This document shows, one piece after another, positions 1-10,800 of a DNA stretch of 64,000 bases. Within the stretch, counting starts at the first letter, position 1, and each line of letters starts with the position of its first letter. The position numbers and the translations under genes were made by a program. The notes under the pieces were generated by a model. The model worked only from the letters and a program-made list of their open reading frames with translations. It made no database searches and was not told the origin of the DNA. This DNA comes from Ptychomitrium polyphyllum (taxonomy: Eukaryota), in the NCBI GenBank assembly GCA_973851085.1, contig OZ316776.1, forward strand, positions 9,362,001-9,426,000. The letters are read 5' to 3'.

Positions 1-653
1 ATTACAAACAAAAAAGGCATGAATAATTTTTACAATAAGAGTTTTATTTAACATTAGGATGACCTTATTTTGACGTTAGAGTTCTTTGTAGTGAAAACCG
101 CTAATGGATTTCGATTACACAATATGCTTCAATCCACCTCTTCTCCCTTTACCATTGAAAAACATAAGCATTTCCTATAAAATCATTATGCAAGATTTAG
201 CGCAGTCCTATGAGTTGCAATATAAAGGTAGCACACTCACCATCACCATGGCTTAGACCTTCACATTTCCTACGAGCCCACTAAGTGTAGTTCATGACCA
301 ACCAATCCTCGAGCACCTAATTCACATGCATGAAGAATCACCATGCAAACCCTCCCTCACCTCACCCTCACTCCACCTTCAGCACGCCTGGGTAAAATCC
401 AACACCTCAAGCACACGCACTCCAGAGCTCCCAGAGCAGAATCCAACAACAAGTCGGAAAGCAAAGGAGAAGAGGCCAACACCGTTGTACTACAGTCCCA
501 GAACTCCCTCAGATAAGCACGGAAGAATCTCTTCCCTCAGCACCGAATAATACAAGGCTAATGATCGAAGCTGAACAGCCCTCTGCCAACACATAGTTCA
601 CCAATCTCAGAACAGTCCCCAAAAATCGGTGCTACGATTGTGAATGGGACCCT

Positions 654-930
654 GGCTAGAACTGCATGAAGACCGAACGGCGACGTCGCACTCGGTCTCC
701 CAGACGCCGACCTCGAGGCTAGAACTGAACGGCGCAGGCCTCGCAGACAGCGACCCGGATCTAGAGCTAGGTCGCAGACGGCCACCTGGCTGGAAGTGGG
801 TTGGGGGAGCTTCGTCGTCTCGCGGACGCCGACCTGGAGACGAGGGTTGGATGGTGAGTCCTTTTTCGGGGCCGACCGGGCTAGAACTGGATTGTGAGGA
901 GGAGCATTTTCGCCTCGCGGACGCCGACCT
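654..930. repeat. Four degenerate ~40-60 bp direct repeats derived from the 3' end of the 881-1378 ORF
   Basis: Exact 17-mer CTCGCGGACGCCGACCT at 819-835 and 914-930. 11-mer GGCTAGAACTG at 654-664, 717-727 and 879-889. Approximate copies: 879-930, 788-835, 717-756, 654-713. Confidence 0.75.
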
Positions 931-1378
931 TGAGCGCGAAGAAGTCTGCGACGGAAAGCTCGGAGCGATCGAACATGTCGAACATGGCTTGGAACTCCAG
1001 GTCGTTCATGGCGAGCAGCGTGCGTACCGTGAAGCCGCGCAGCGTGTGCGCCAGCGCCCTGGGGTCTTTCGCGAACCCGCGCAGGATGTCCTCTACGCGG
1101 GCGTTATGCAGGTGCGGCGGTGACGCATCGCTGGCGAAGTCTGCCTCTGCCTCTACTTCTGTCTCTGTCTGCGTCTGCGCCGACGAAGGCTTGGAGCCCA
1201 TGGACGACGCAGTGCCACCATGCGTGGACGCCGACGCGCGCGAGCACACGGATTCTGCGGCCCTGTGCGGGATGAAGTGCAGGTTGCCGTGCTCCAGGCA
1301 CAGGTGCTCGATGTTTGAGTTCCCGAACACGAAGCCCTCCGTCTGCGCTTCAAAACTGGCGTGGTTCCATCTCAGCAT
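881..1378 (-). CDS. Single-exon ORF (~165 aa) whose C-terminal half resembles the LEAFY/FLORICAULA N-terminal SAM domain; no DNA-binding domain
   Basis: ATG at 1378 (the ORF track starts at GTG 1381; an in-frame TAG lies just upstream), stop TAG 883-881. The segment VEDILRGF...GFTVRTLLAMNDLEFQAMF...RSELSVADFFALKVGVREAK (nt 1096-908) matches the recalled LFY-SAM pattern GFT(V/A)STLxxMKDEELxxMM...RWELLVGERYGIKAAVRAE. Sequence is GC-rich and coding-like. Expression is not shown. Confidence 0.55.
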   Translation of the reverse strand: MLRWNHASFEAQTEGFVFGNSNIEHLCLEHGNLHFIPHRAAESVCSRASASTHGGTASSMGSKPSSAQTQTETEVEAEADFASDASPPHLHNARVEDILRGFAKDPRALAHTLRGFTVRTLLAMNDLEFQAMFDMFDRSELSVADFFALKVGVREAKMLLLTIQF

Positions 1379-2515
1379 CACTCCGCTTTGGCGCTAGATG
1401 GCGAGACCATTACTTGCGTCACATTGCTAATCGCTCTTGCGGGTCACTAGAAACCTCGATCTGGAGACAACGCCACTTCCAGGACTGACACTCCGAGGAT
1501 GCGTGGCGCTCATCTGCGCGGAAGGTGAAGAAAGAAACGAAACCCTAAATTTTTGAGCTCGGATTTCTAAAAAATTCCACGTCTGCTGGCCTCGCCTGCG
1601 ATAGTTGTGAGCTTAAGCAGAGTCGCGATCTTGTCTACTAGTAAGCGCTTGAACCAATGACGACCTCCTGGGCAAGTTTTTACAGACAATTTGCAAACGG
1701 ATGGGTTTCCTTCTCAAAGCCCAAGTCGCCGAAACGCTGCGCAATTTCTACTCTCGCCGCTGAGAAAGCTAAGCCTGCAACTCAGTCTACTGCAAGAGCT
1801 TCAGTTGAGATGGATCGCACGAAAATGGAAGAAGAAAATACGCAGTGAGAAATGATAATGACTGCGGCCTCAAGCAACGTTCAGAACCCTTCTTTGTACC
1901 TGCAAATGCAGGTTCTAAGAGGAGCCGATGAGCACTGAGAGGAATTTTATATAATTGAGGTGCTGGTACTGTCGAAAAGGCTTGAATCGGCGAGGATGAG
2001 TCACGACACGCACGTTTATTACTTTGGCTGTGGAGCCACAAAAATGTTATTATTGGGCTCTGTACTGCTTCGCCTTTGGAATTGCCAGTTTGCGCGGGTC
2101 CCTCCGGAGGTCTATCTATAGCTGTGGGAGCGCCGAGGTCCAGTGAGGGAAATCTGCCGCCCTGCCACCATCTTCTGCTCAGATGCTGTCCTTGCCAGAT
2201 CCGCCGCAAAGTCAACACCGGTGTGCACAGAAAATGGTCGCTGTTGCGTACCCTCAGCACGAAGCTTGTTTCGGAGACTAAACCGTAAACCCTGAACATC
2301 GAACAGAGTTCTCCATCTCAAGCTCACCTGGGGAGCCCACACTGCCAAAGCTGTTTGCAAATTGGGGTTTTTGATTGTTGAATCAAAGAATTACAAAAAG
2401 AATTGGAAAGCAGATGTCACTAACGTAAAGGTGCCCTAGCGCTGTAAATAATTGTATTTGTACTGTACACTAATAAATTAAACTAGATTAGATTCAATGG
2501 TAATGGCTATAATAT

Positions 2516-5500
2516 TCAAGAGTATTCGGTGATGTGGACACTGTTCATGGTCCAGATTGTTGTAGTACTGGCAGTGATGGGCACAGTGCCGTTGTTGAAC
2601 AGGAAGATGTGAGCTGCGTCGTCGAGGGCATGCTCCGGATAAACCCTTGAGGTGATAACAGTTCTCCCACCTTGCACGAATGTCTCCACTATGGAATGAT
2701 CCACCTGATGTGAACACGATCATTAAGCTTGTTAGTTTATCAATCTGTGAGTATCAAACTCTGATTAATTTTGTGTTAAGTGAGTTTGTGTAGCTTTGCA
2801 AGTACTGCGGACAAGAAAGAGATGATACACACCAAAATTCTTAGCGTGAGAAATCGGTCATTCTCGTAAATCCGGACAAAGCTACCAAAGGCCGCTGTGT
2901 CGAGATTAGGAGCAACTGACGACCGGCTTTGGTCGCTACAGACAAGGATCTTCAAGCCCTCGCCTGGAGATTGCAAGACTTGAAAGTAAATAGCTGTGAG
3001 TTCCTGAAAGTCATCAGTTGCGAGAACATAAACTCCGAATGGTCCGATCCCTATGTTGCCCTTGGAGCCTCTTTGGACGCATGCTCGTTGCCCAGATTCT
3101 GCAAGAAGCTCTGGAGGTTGCAATACAGCTTGGCTCATGTTTGGCATTCCGAACGAAACCTCTATATCAAACTGCACTGACATTAAACAAATAAATTAGT
3201 AGGTGGAATGTGTTGCAGGAAACAATCGCATTCAAGTTTAAGAACCAATTCTGCTCTTTAACAAAGGATGGTAGACCCGTGAGAGAATAGTGACCTGATT
3301 GCCACTGATGCCATCCAACTTGACAAGAGCTCCAACTCCCACCATCACATTTTCAAAAGAAACATTTGTTCCATGCAACGACTTCAGCTCCTCAACTGGG
3401 TACTGAATCAGGTCTGTGGTGGTCCGACCGTCCAGCCAAACCTGCCTGGGAATTCCCTGCAAACATGCTCAGGACACAGTCTAATCATACGGAGCCTTTG
3501 ACATTGTTAAGATGCATTCAACGAAGGTGCAAGACCACTTCTACAACTGCACCAAAACTTAAAGATTAAACTGTCAACAATTCTAGAATCGTTTCTTCAC
3601 CAAATTTAACTGCAAAACACTACAGAAAGCAAAAGAGGAGAAATCAACAAAACCTACCATAACAGACGCCCATCCCTTCTGAATGTTGGCATCCTGGGTA
3701 TCAGATTCGTTAACCCATCCAAAGATGATACGGCGGCTCTTAGGCTGATCAAAAAATGATTTGGAAGCATAGAACTTCCCGTAGTCATAACGCAGCCCAA
3801 TCCCAGCGTCTAGGTTTACACTTTCAGGCAAAAAGGTGTCATTCTCGGTCACATAAGTTCCAACCGAATAATAGTCATGTTTCATGTCATTCGAACTGAT
3901 TTTCAGTACATGCTTCACAGATGGGCCAAAAGTTGAGGTGTCTGCACCGAGCAAAGCGCCGGACAAGGGCACAGGATAAAAATCTGGGCATTCCCACATT
4001 CCAGTTCCAGCTACAGAGTGCAAACTATAAGAAAAATTCCATACTTGAAAATCAAGGCTCTTGTACAAGAGGGCAGTGCCAACCGTGCCATCTTCCCCTG
4101 CGTTGGCGCCCACCAGGAGCCTCCACGTCCCGTCACGGCCTTGCCATGCGGTGGTAGGATCTCGAAACTGGTTGGGGCTGTATCCCACAGGCACCTCCGC
4201 GATTGGATTTTGCGGAGCCTAATACAGCACAGGACAAGGACAATCAACAGATGAAAGCAACTCAGGGTTACTAGAGAGAAAAACTAGTGCAGGATTGACA
4301 CTAGAATTGAATGCAGAAGAGAACAAAGGCGGTGAAGCAAGGAGGCTTTTGGGGTTTCTAAGTGCTAATCTTAGCAATGGTTTTCCAGGCCTCCAGAATC
4401 ACGTACAGAAACTAGTTAAGTCATCAACCAGGTGCATCAGCATCATGATTCGATTCACTAAACATCTTTCAAATTAATCCTCCGGTTGAACTGAACCTCA
4501 CATTAGAGAGGCAGAAGATGATTGCAAGAACATTACGAACCTTCAACCATTGCCGAAGCAGAGGGTCCGATTTGTTAGCGGGGAAAGCCATGCTCTGAAT
4601 CTGCACAGATGCATTCGACCACCCGGTGTACATCACAACAGGAGAGCCATCCGGTAAGATCGTCGCCGAGCCGGACCATATACCTCGAATGTCATACCAT
4701 TGGTCTCCCTGCAACGCAGACTTCAGATGCCGCCAGTTGACAAGATCTGTGGAGACTGCGTGACCCCAGACGATGTTGCCCCACACGGCGCCCTCCGGAT
4801 TGTATTGGTAGAAGAGGTGGTAGTATCCCTGATAGTACATCGGACCTGCACGAAGAAACAATTTCAATCAATGAACACAAAACAGTTGAACTCATCTCTC
4901 ACTCGCTAAACCCTACACTTCCCGCATTCACTGAGCATTTCGGCATCATCCCTTGAGTGGCCTCTTCGACGCGTACCATTTGGATCTGCACCCACAAATA
5001 ACACGAGAACCTCCTCAGCAAGATGTTTCTACAAATGAAAACATTGGTAAACCATGAAGGTGAGCTTCATGACGATCAATTGACGTGAATGAGTAGAGCT
5101 GTGTAGGATTGGTGAGAAGGTTGATCTAACCGTTCATCCAGTTCTTGTCCGGCTGGAAATGGAAGGCAGTTCGGTGCTTGAAGGCTCGGATTTCGAAGAT
5201 CCTTCTCGCGTCGGCGTTGTTTGCATGACGAGATTGCAATACCACCGCGATTGGAATTAGCACTGTCAACACGAGCGCAATCACGACAAACGCGAGGAGA
5301 GCCCTGTAGAGGTTTCGGCGTCGGTTACTGGCCGGGTGAGGGTCTAGATTGCCGGCGATTGAGAAGGGCGGCACGTCGAGCACGAGCGGCCCGTCATCGG
5401 TGGCGAGCGAAGTGTTGGAGTGGTCTGCGATGGAGAAGTACGGGGTTGTGTCTTCTTTGTTGGAGAGAGGCGCAACTGCAACTGAGGGTTTAGGGTTTCC

Positions 5501-5734
5501 GTTGCGGTTGGTTGTAGAATCAAGCTCGGCTACGGGAATGGAGATGTAGCTGGAGGAGTCAGCGGGAGCAGCCACATTGTCCATGAGCATCTCCCTGTCC
5601 CCCTCGCGGTCGCGCACAGCGCCATGGCCAGATGATTGCGGCATTCTGGATACGATTGGGCGTGAATGTGCTCTGCTTTCGAGGAGAAACTCACACTCCC
5701 TGCTGCTCGGGATGCTCTCCCCCCTTGCGGCCAT
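2516..5734 (-). CDS. GH32 acid beta-fructofuranosidase (invertase) with N-terminal transmembrane anchor
   Basis: Exons (minus strand): 5734-5131, 4985-4977 (9 nt), 4845-4541, 4218-3658, 3456-3295, 3171-2833, 2704-2516, all GT-AG and in frame. Motifs: [52 protein letters not shown]. Hydrophobic stretch [22 protein letters not shown] follows RRR. The exact start ATG is uncertain. Confidence 0.95.
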
Positions 5735-7809
5735 CGCCACCCATTCTCAGATGCTTTCGCGTCAACTTTTTGCGCTCTCCACACAGTATTACTGTAGCAG
5801 GTTGTAAAATGCCCATAGCGAGACGATCACCTCTCACTGAGCACTGCAATGTCGTTGAAAGGCTTCCGCGCGCAATGTGCTACCGCATTACACTTGAAAT
5901 TGAGGTGAGATGTTCGCCTGGACTACCGCTCATAACGTTCAAAGATTGCACATCGAAAGCCCTCCCACAGAATCAAAGCAATTCTCTAGCTGTCGGTAAC
6001 CCATCCAATCATATGAAGTTTAGCACGAGCTAGAATGTTGAAGAATCTACAACTAGGCCAAGCATGAGCTCTGCAATGCGACTGTGTTCTACTCTTTCTC
6101 TGACTATATCGAAGAACAATCAAAGCTCATCGCACCAAAAAGGAACTCCAGCGCCGCTTCCCTTCAAAACGAAGCCCCAAAACTTCGCTTTTGCAAGCAG
6201 AGACAAAGCGACCTTCCTTTTCCATTCGCATAAATCCACCCCATTCGCACAAATCTATTCCATTCGCTCGAATCTAATTCATGCATGATTTCTGTCTCCT
6301 CGCAATCCCTCAAGAGAATTACATAACGCCGCGGTTTGCAACAAGTTCGCTTGTCCCTCATGATCCACAAGCCGTCTCAATCCGACCATCGAGATTCAGA
6401 TCACGACGCAGTGTGCAGTGCAACTTAGTTTCGAGCTCTTCCACTTTGGAATCCTGATGATGGCGCGTGCAATGCAGATTTTTCCACCCGTTTGCTGACG
6501 TGGGGTGGCGTCTCTCCTCGCAGAGATCGAGGACTGAGATTCTCAGAATCAGTTACCAGTGCATCACCGGCACAGTGACTACAACATGGTAGCTCAATGA
6601 CAATATGCAACAACATGGTAAGGTAGGTGGGCCGTGTGCGCTTCGCATGTCTTGACTCTCCAGCCTGAAAGATCAATGGACTATTGGTGGCTTGCTGTGT
6701 TGAAATTTGCAGTAGTGAGCGGCTGTAGCGACTCGCGATAGACTCGACCAGTTGGGAGGAGTTTTAGGGTTTTATCAAACAGCCTCGCATGTCAGTCAGC
6801 GTGGACAAGTTTAACATAAAATATTCAATAAAACTAATGATGGCCACAAGGTACTGTACCATCATGATCGTGGAGTGTGCCAAACTAATCTCGGACATGT
6901 GTTACTACTTTTGTGATTTGCTGACACACTGGAGTTGATCGAGGGCGTTGTGCAGTTGCCGCGAGTATTCAGCACACTCATGACTCCACACTAGAGGAGA
7001 GAAGTGCACATCTCTTGTTTACCTTGAACGAGATCTGATCGAGTGGCTTCAGAGTTCTTTCTCTTCGCTTGCGTGAGGCTGTTTGCCTGATGTGTGTGGA
7101 GTCCATTTGACGTTTTCCATGAACTTAACCAGGTATGTGGGACCGTCACCGCACTTTTCTGTCCCCGGGTTGTACCCCTGTCATGCGGATTTTCAAGTCA
7201 GGGAGAGGAGAGGGGGAGAAGGATGGTGGGTAGTTGTGGGTTGTAGGTTTTGAGGTTGATTTTGAGGACATGGACTTTTGAGGCGGGGAATTCTGGGTGT
7301 CCCTTTGTGGGGAGAGATTACTTGGGCAGTGAATAAGGTTGGTTGAGTTCTGATGCGCAGGGTTGGTGTAGGAATGTGGGGAGTGACGTTAGATGCGCCT
7401 TCTTCGTGAATTATAGATTACGCGCTGTCCAAGAACGGTGATCAATGAGTCTGTGTCTCGTCAGATTGAGAGGGTTTGCAAGATTCTCGACGGGGGTAGC
7501 ATTTTGCAATTGGAAGTCTTGAGCCACCAGTTTAGGGAAAGAAATACTGACTTTGTGTGCGGCAGGGTTTTAGGGAGTTCAGAGGGTACTGTGCATTCAA
7601 TCGAAGGGTTTATCAACTACTAAAAGCATTGCGTGCACGGTGGTCTGAGTTGTGTCCTTATTAGGACTTTGACGGGTCTTCAATCTGTGGTCCAATCCTG
7701 CTCCATTCTTGATTAGGAATTTGAAATCCTAAGCTCCAAAGCAACGAGTTGTTTTCATCCTCTGATGGAACGCATTTGTAGCGCATGCAGGTAGATTTGG
7801 TTTTTGAGG

Positions 7810-10800
7810 ATGGAGGGTTTGGAGGATGGGGGAGGTTTACAGCAAATTCGGACAACTCCGCCAGCAGTGGGCCGTGTGATCACCATCCCCTATTCGGACT
7901 TGTTAGTAGGGTTTCCTTCCTCTCACGTTCGAATTGATGCATATTCTTGCACAGCTTCGGATCCAATCAATTACTAATACATAAGTTTGCTCCGTGACGC
8001 CGAATTTCTTGGTTGTTGGTAATTGAAGAAGACTGGCATGTCTTCATGTCTTCGATTTAAGGCTGTGATTACCATAACATACTTGAACAATGGAGGGGTC
8101 TACTTTTTTGCATCAACAGTAGGAAATGGTAATACTTGGCATTACCATGGTACTTGAAGCATACTTGGCAATAGCATGGTGCTATGGGATTTTGTGGTGT
8201 TTTCTCATGGGTTAGAAAACTGAAGCTAAGGAGAACATTTACTTAGATCCACTTTTGAAAGGGTAATCTTATGTATTGTTCGAGAATGTTATGATCAACC
8301 TTATGAATCCCTGCTTTAATGTTTCTGTTATGTGAGTATCAGAGGGAGGACTTGGATTTATCCCAGGAGCTAGAGGCCGGCTTTGGACCCAATTCTCTTG
8401 GCATCGTAGCCGTTTCAGGCGTAAGCCCTTTGTTTTCTAATGTCATCCATCACAAATTCTTAAGCATTTTTTTGATGTTGTTTTCTTTGGCAACCGCTTC
8501 TGTTGATTTTCATTGTCATGCATCGGGTCGTCTGGTGTTGCTGGATCTGTGGAAGGAAGCATTGTCTCACAAGAACATGATGTTCCCTTTTGTGCACAGG
8601 TTCCCGATTACAGTGAATTGCGTTTGAAGCTTTTGCCCCTTGCGTCTAGGTAGAACATCCAATCGTTGGTTATGTTGCTTCTGGAGACTGGAATTGTGCT
8701 GCTTCATTATGAATTTGCAGGAAAGTGTGTTCTGGAGAATCTCGGCTATTGAGATTTGGATTGTATTCGTGTACGATGAAGTTATCAGCAAGATTGTTAT
8801 GCAATTTGTTAAGATAATTATGGTGGAACGTTGTGGACATAGATGAAGTAGATGGTGCTTTGAGGTTTGAAGATTGAAAGAAAACCGCATTGAAATTTTA
8901 CCAGGATTGCTGCACTCTCTGAAGACTCCAAGAAATCACTGGAAGATCCTGCAAGCAGGTTCATAACTCATTTAGCACTTTCGATTTCTGCCATAAATTA
9001 AGCATTCGTTCAGGACGTGTCGATGTTTTTAGAGATTAACCATTTACTACATTTCTCAGTGATTAGCTCTTGCGGGTACTGCTTGTTTAGTTTGAAGTGA
9101 AACCTTAATTTGTTTTTCTCAGTTTGTTCGCACTTCAATATAAGCTTTGCTTTGTGCTCTAGCCTTTTGGAGTCAATGTTTGGGCGACTCTATTTTATTT
9201 TAATATTCCTTTCGTCTTCAAAATAAAACCTTCAAAGAACTTGTAGGAGAAAATTGTTCGTTGATCTAGGATTATCTTCAATTGATGCAGGTTCTCTTTC
9301 GGTTGGAGTCATGGAAAAGAAATGCTAAAATCTCGCCAACCAGGTAGCTCGTCCTTCAAACCGTTAAAGTTCAGCACATTTACTTTGATTCATTTATGCA
9401 CTGCTGGAAATCGCTTCTTTCTTCTTTTACGGACCTATCTCATGTTTGAACTTCCAGCAACAATCACGTGGTAATTTTATCATAAGAGTGACACTAAATA
9501 TCCTGGATGAAGACCAATTCCCGGGACCACCCTATGTGGCCCTTAGACCTTTTTACCTTTTTATTTCCTTCAAAATAGTTCATAACGTAAGTGTTCTAAT
9601 GTCGATCGACGCTTCCATTCAGATCTGAACCTCAGCTTTATGGTCATTTCTTTTAATTACTCTTTTGCAGATATATACAAGGGCTCGTTCTATGCGAATC
9701 CTATTATTGACGTGCCAACTACCGACGAAGTCCTTATTGAAAGGTCGGAGTAGCCCTCTGTGTTATGGCATTTCTCAATCACTTTATCACGGATGTATAA
9801 CCTTCATACCTGTTTCACTTGTGAATTTTGCAGTTATTTCACATGTATTCGGTGTACATGGAAAGGTACATGTTCGATACTCACTTAAACTTCTGTAGCT
9901 TTGCAGATATCCTTCATACTGTCGCCCAAATTTATGGCCGAAAGAGGATTTACCCAAACTTGAACCTGGTACAGAGTTTTGAGTTTAATTGTACTACTTG
10001 GGTTTGATGACCTTTTCTGCTTGGAATTTTTACTAGCAGGATCGATGATGAGCTTGGTGCAAGTCCAAACATTACGGATGTGCCCATTTTCTGATGCTAA
10101 GTAAGGAGTTGCATCAGGTCTTAAGAAGTGACATTCTTCTAAGAAAATCAATTTTTGTGTTTTTGCAGCATTTAAGGAGCTCGGACACCTCATATTAGAT
10201 GTGGGGCTGCAGTTGGCCCATCACTGCGATAAATTTGGTTTGTAAACTAAACTAATCAATATTTAGCATCATTATGCAGTTTGCACTGACTATCAAAGTA
10301 ATATATATTTGGTCTATTAGCTTCAATGAGTGGAAATGCTTAAACAGTAGCAGAGTTTTCACAATTACTGCGTATTTATTGGCATTGCAGGTTAGCCAGG
10401 AAGGAACTTGCCTTTCAGGTCGTATCTTCCAAATTTAAGATGACATTGATCTTCGCCGAATCTGTAAATAAGCACTAAGTGTTGCAGATAAATGTTGTTA
10501 TTTTTGTGACAGTATCAGCCAGAAAATCTGATTATGAACAAGGGAAACTCGTAAGGATGCTGCAGAGCTCGAAATGCCACAAAGGACGCCTCTTGCACTA
10601 TTTTCCGGCTTCAAGCAGGTTGTCATTTCCACCCTATCCTTCCTACCTCAGAAGTTCGCTTATATGAAAGTTGTGGTCAATGTGAATTCAAGAACTTAAT
10701 TATTCTAGAACCGTAAAACCCCTTGCTTTGTGCATGTTGAAAGTGTTTCCTATCTTGAAAGTATTCTGTATTGCAGGAATGCAGAAGAAAGAGAGAAAGA

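Noticed and set aside
644..1397. Plus-strand ORFs 644-1123 and 894-1397
   Set aside because: Antisense shadows of the GC-rich minus-strand SAM-like ORF and its repeats; no recognisable motifs.
1787..2360. 170-aa and 82-aa minus-strand ORFs between the invertase and the SAM-like ORF
   Set aside because: No domain similarity recognised; more likely leader or promoter sequence.
10391..10418. 28-nt AG/GT-flanked segment in intron 8 of the dioxygenase (possible poison exon)
   Set aside because: Such flanks arise readily by chance; there is no homology or other support.
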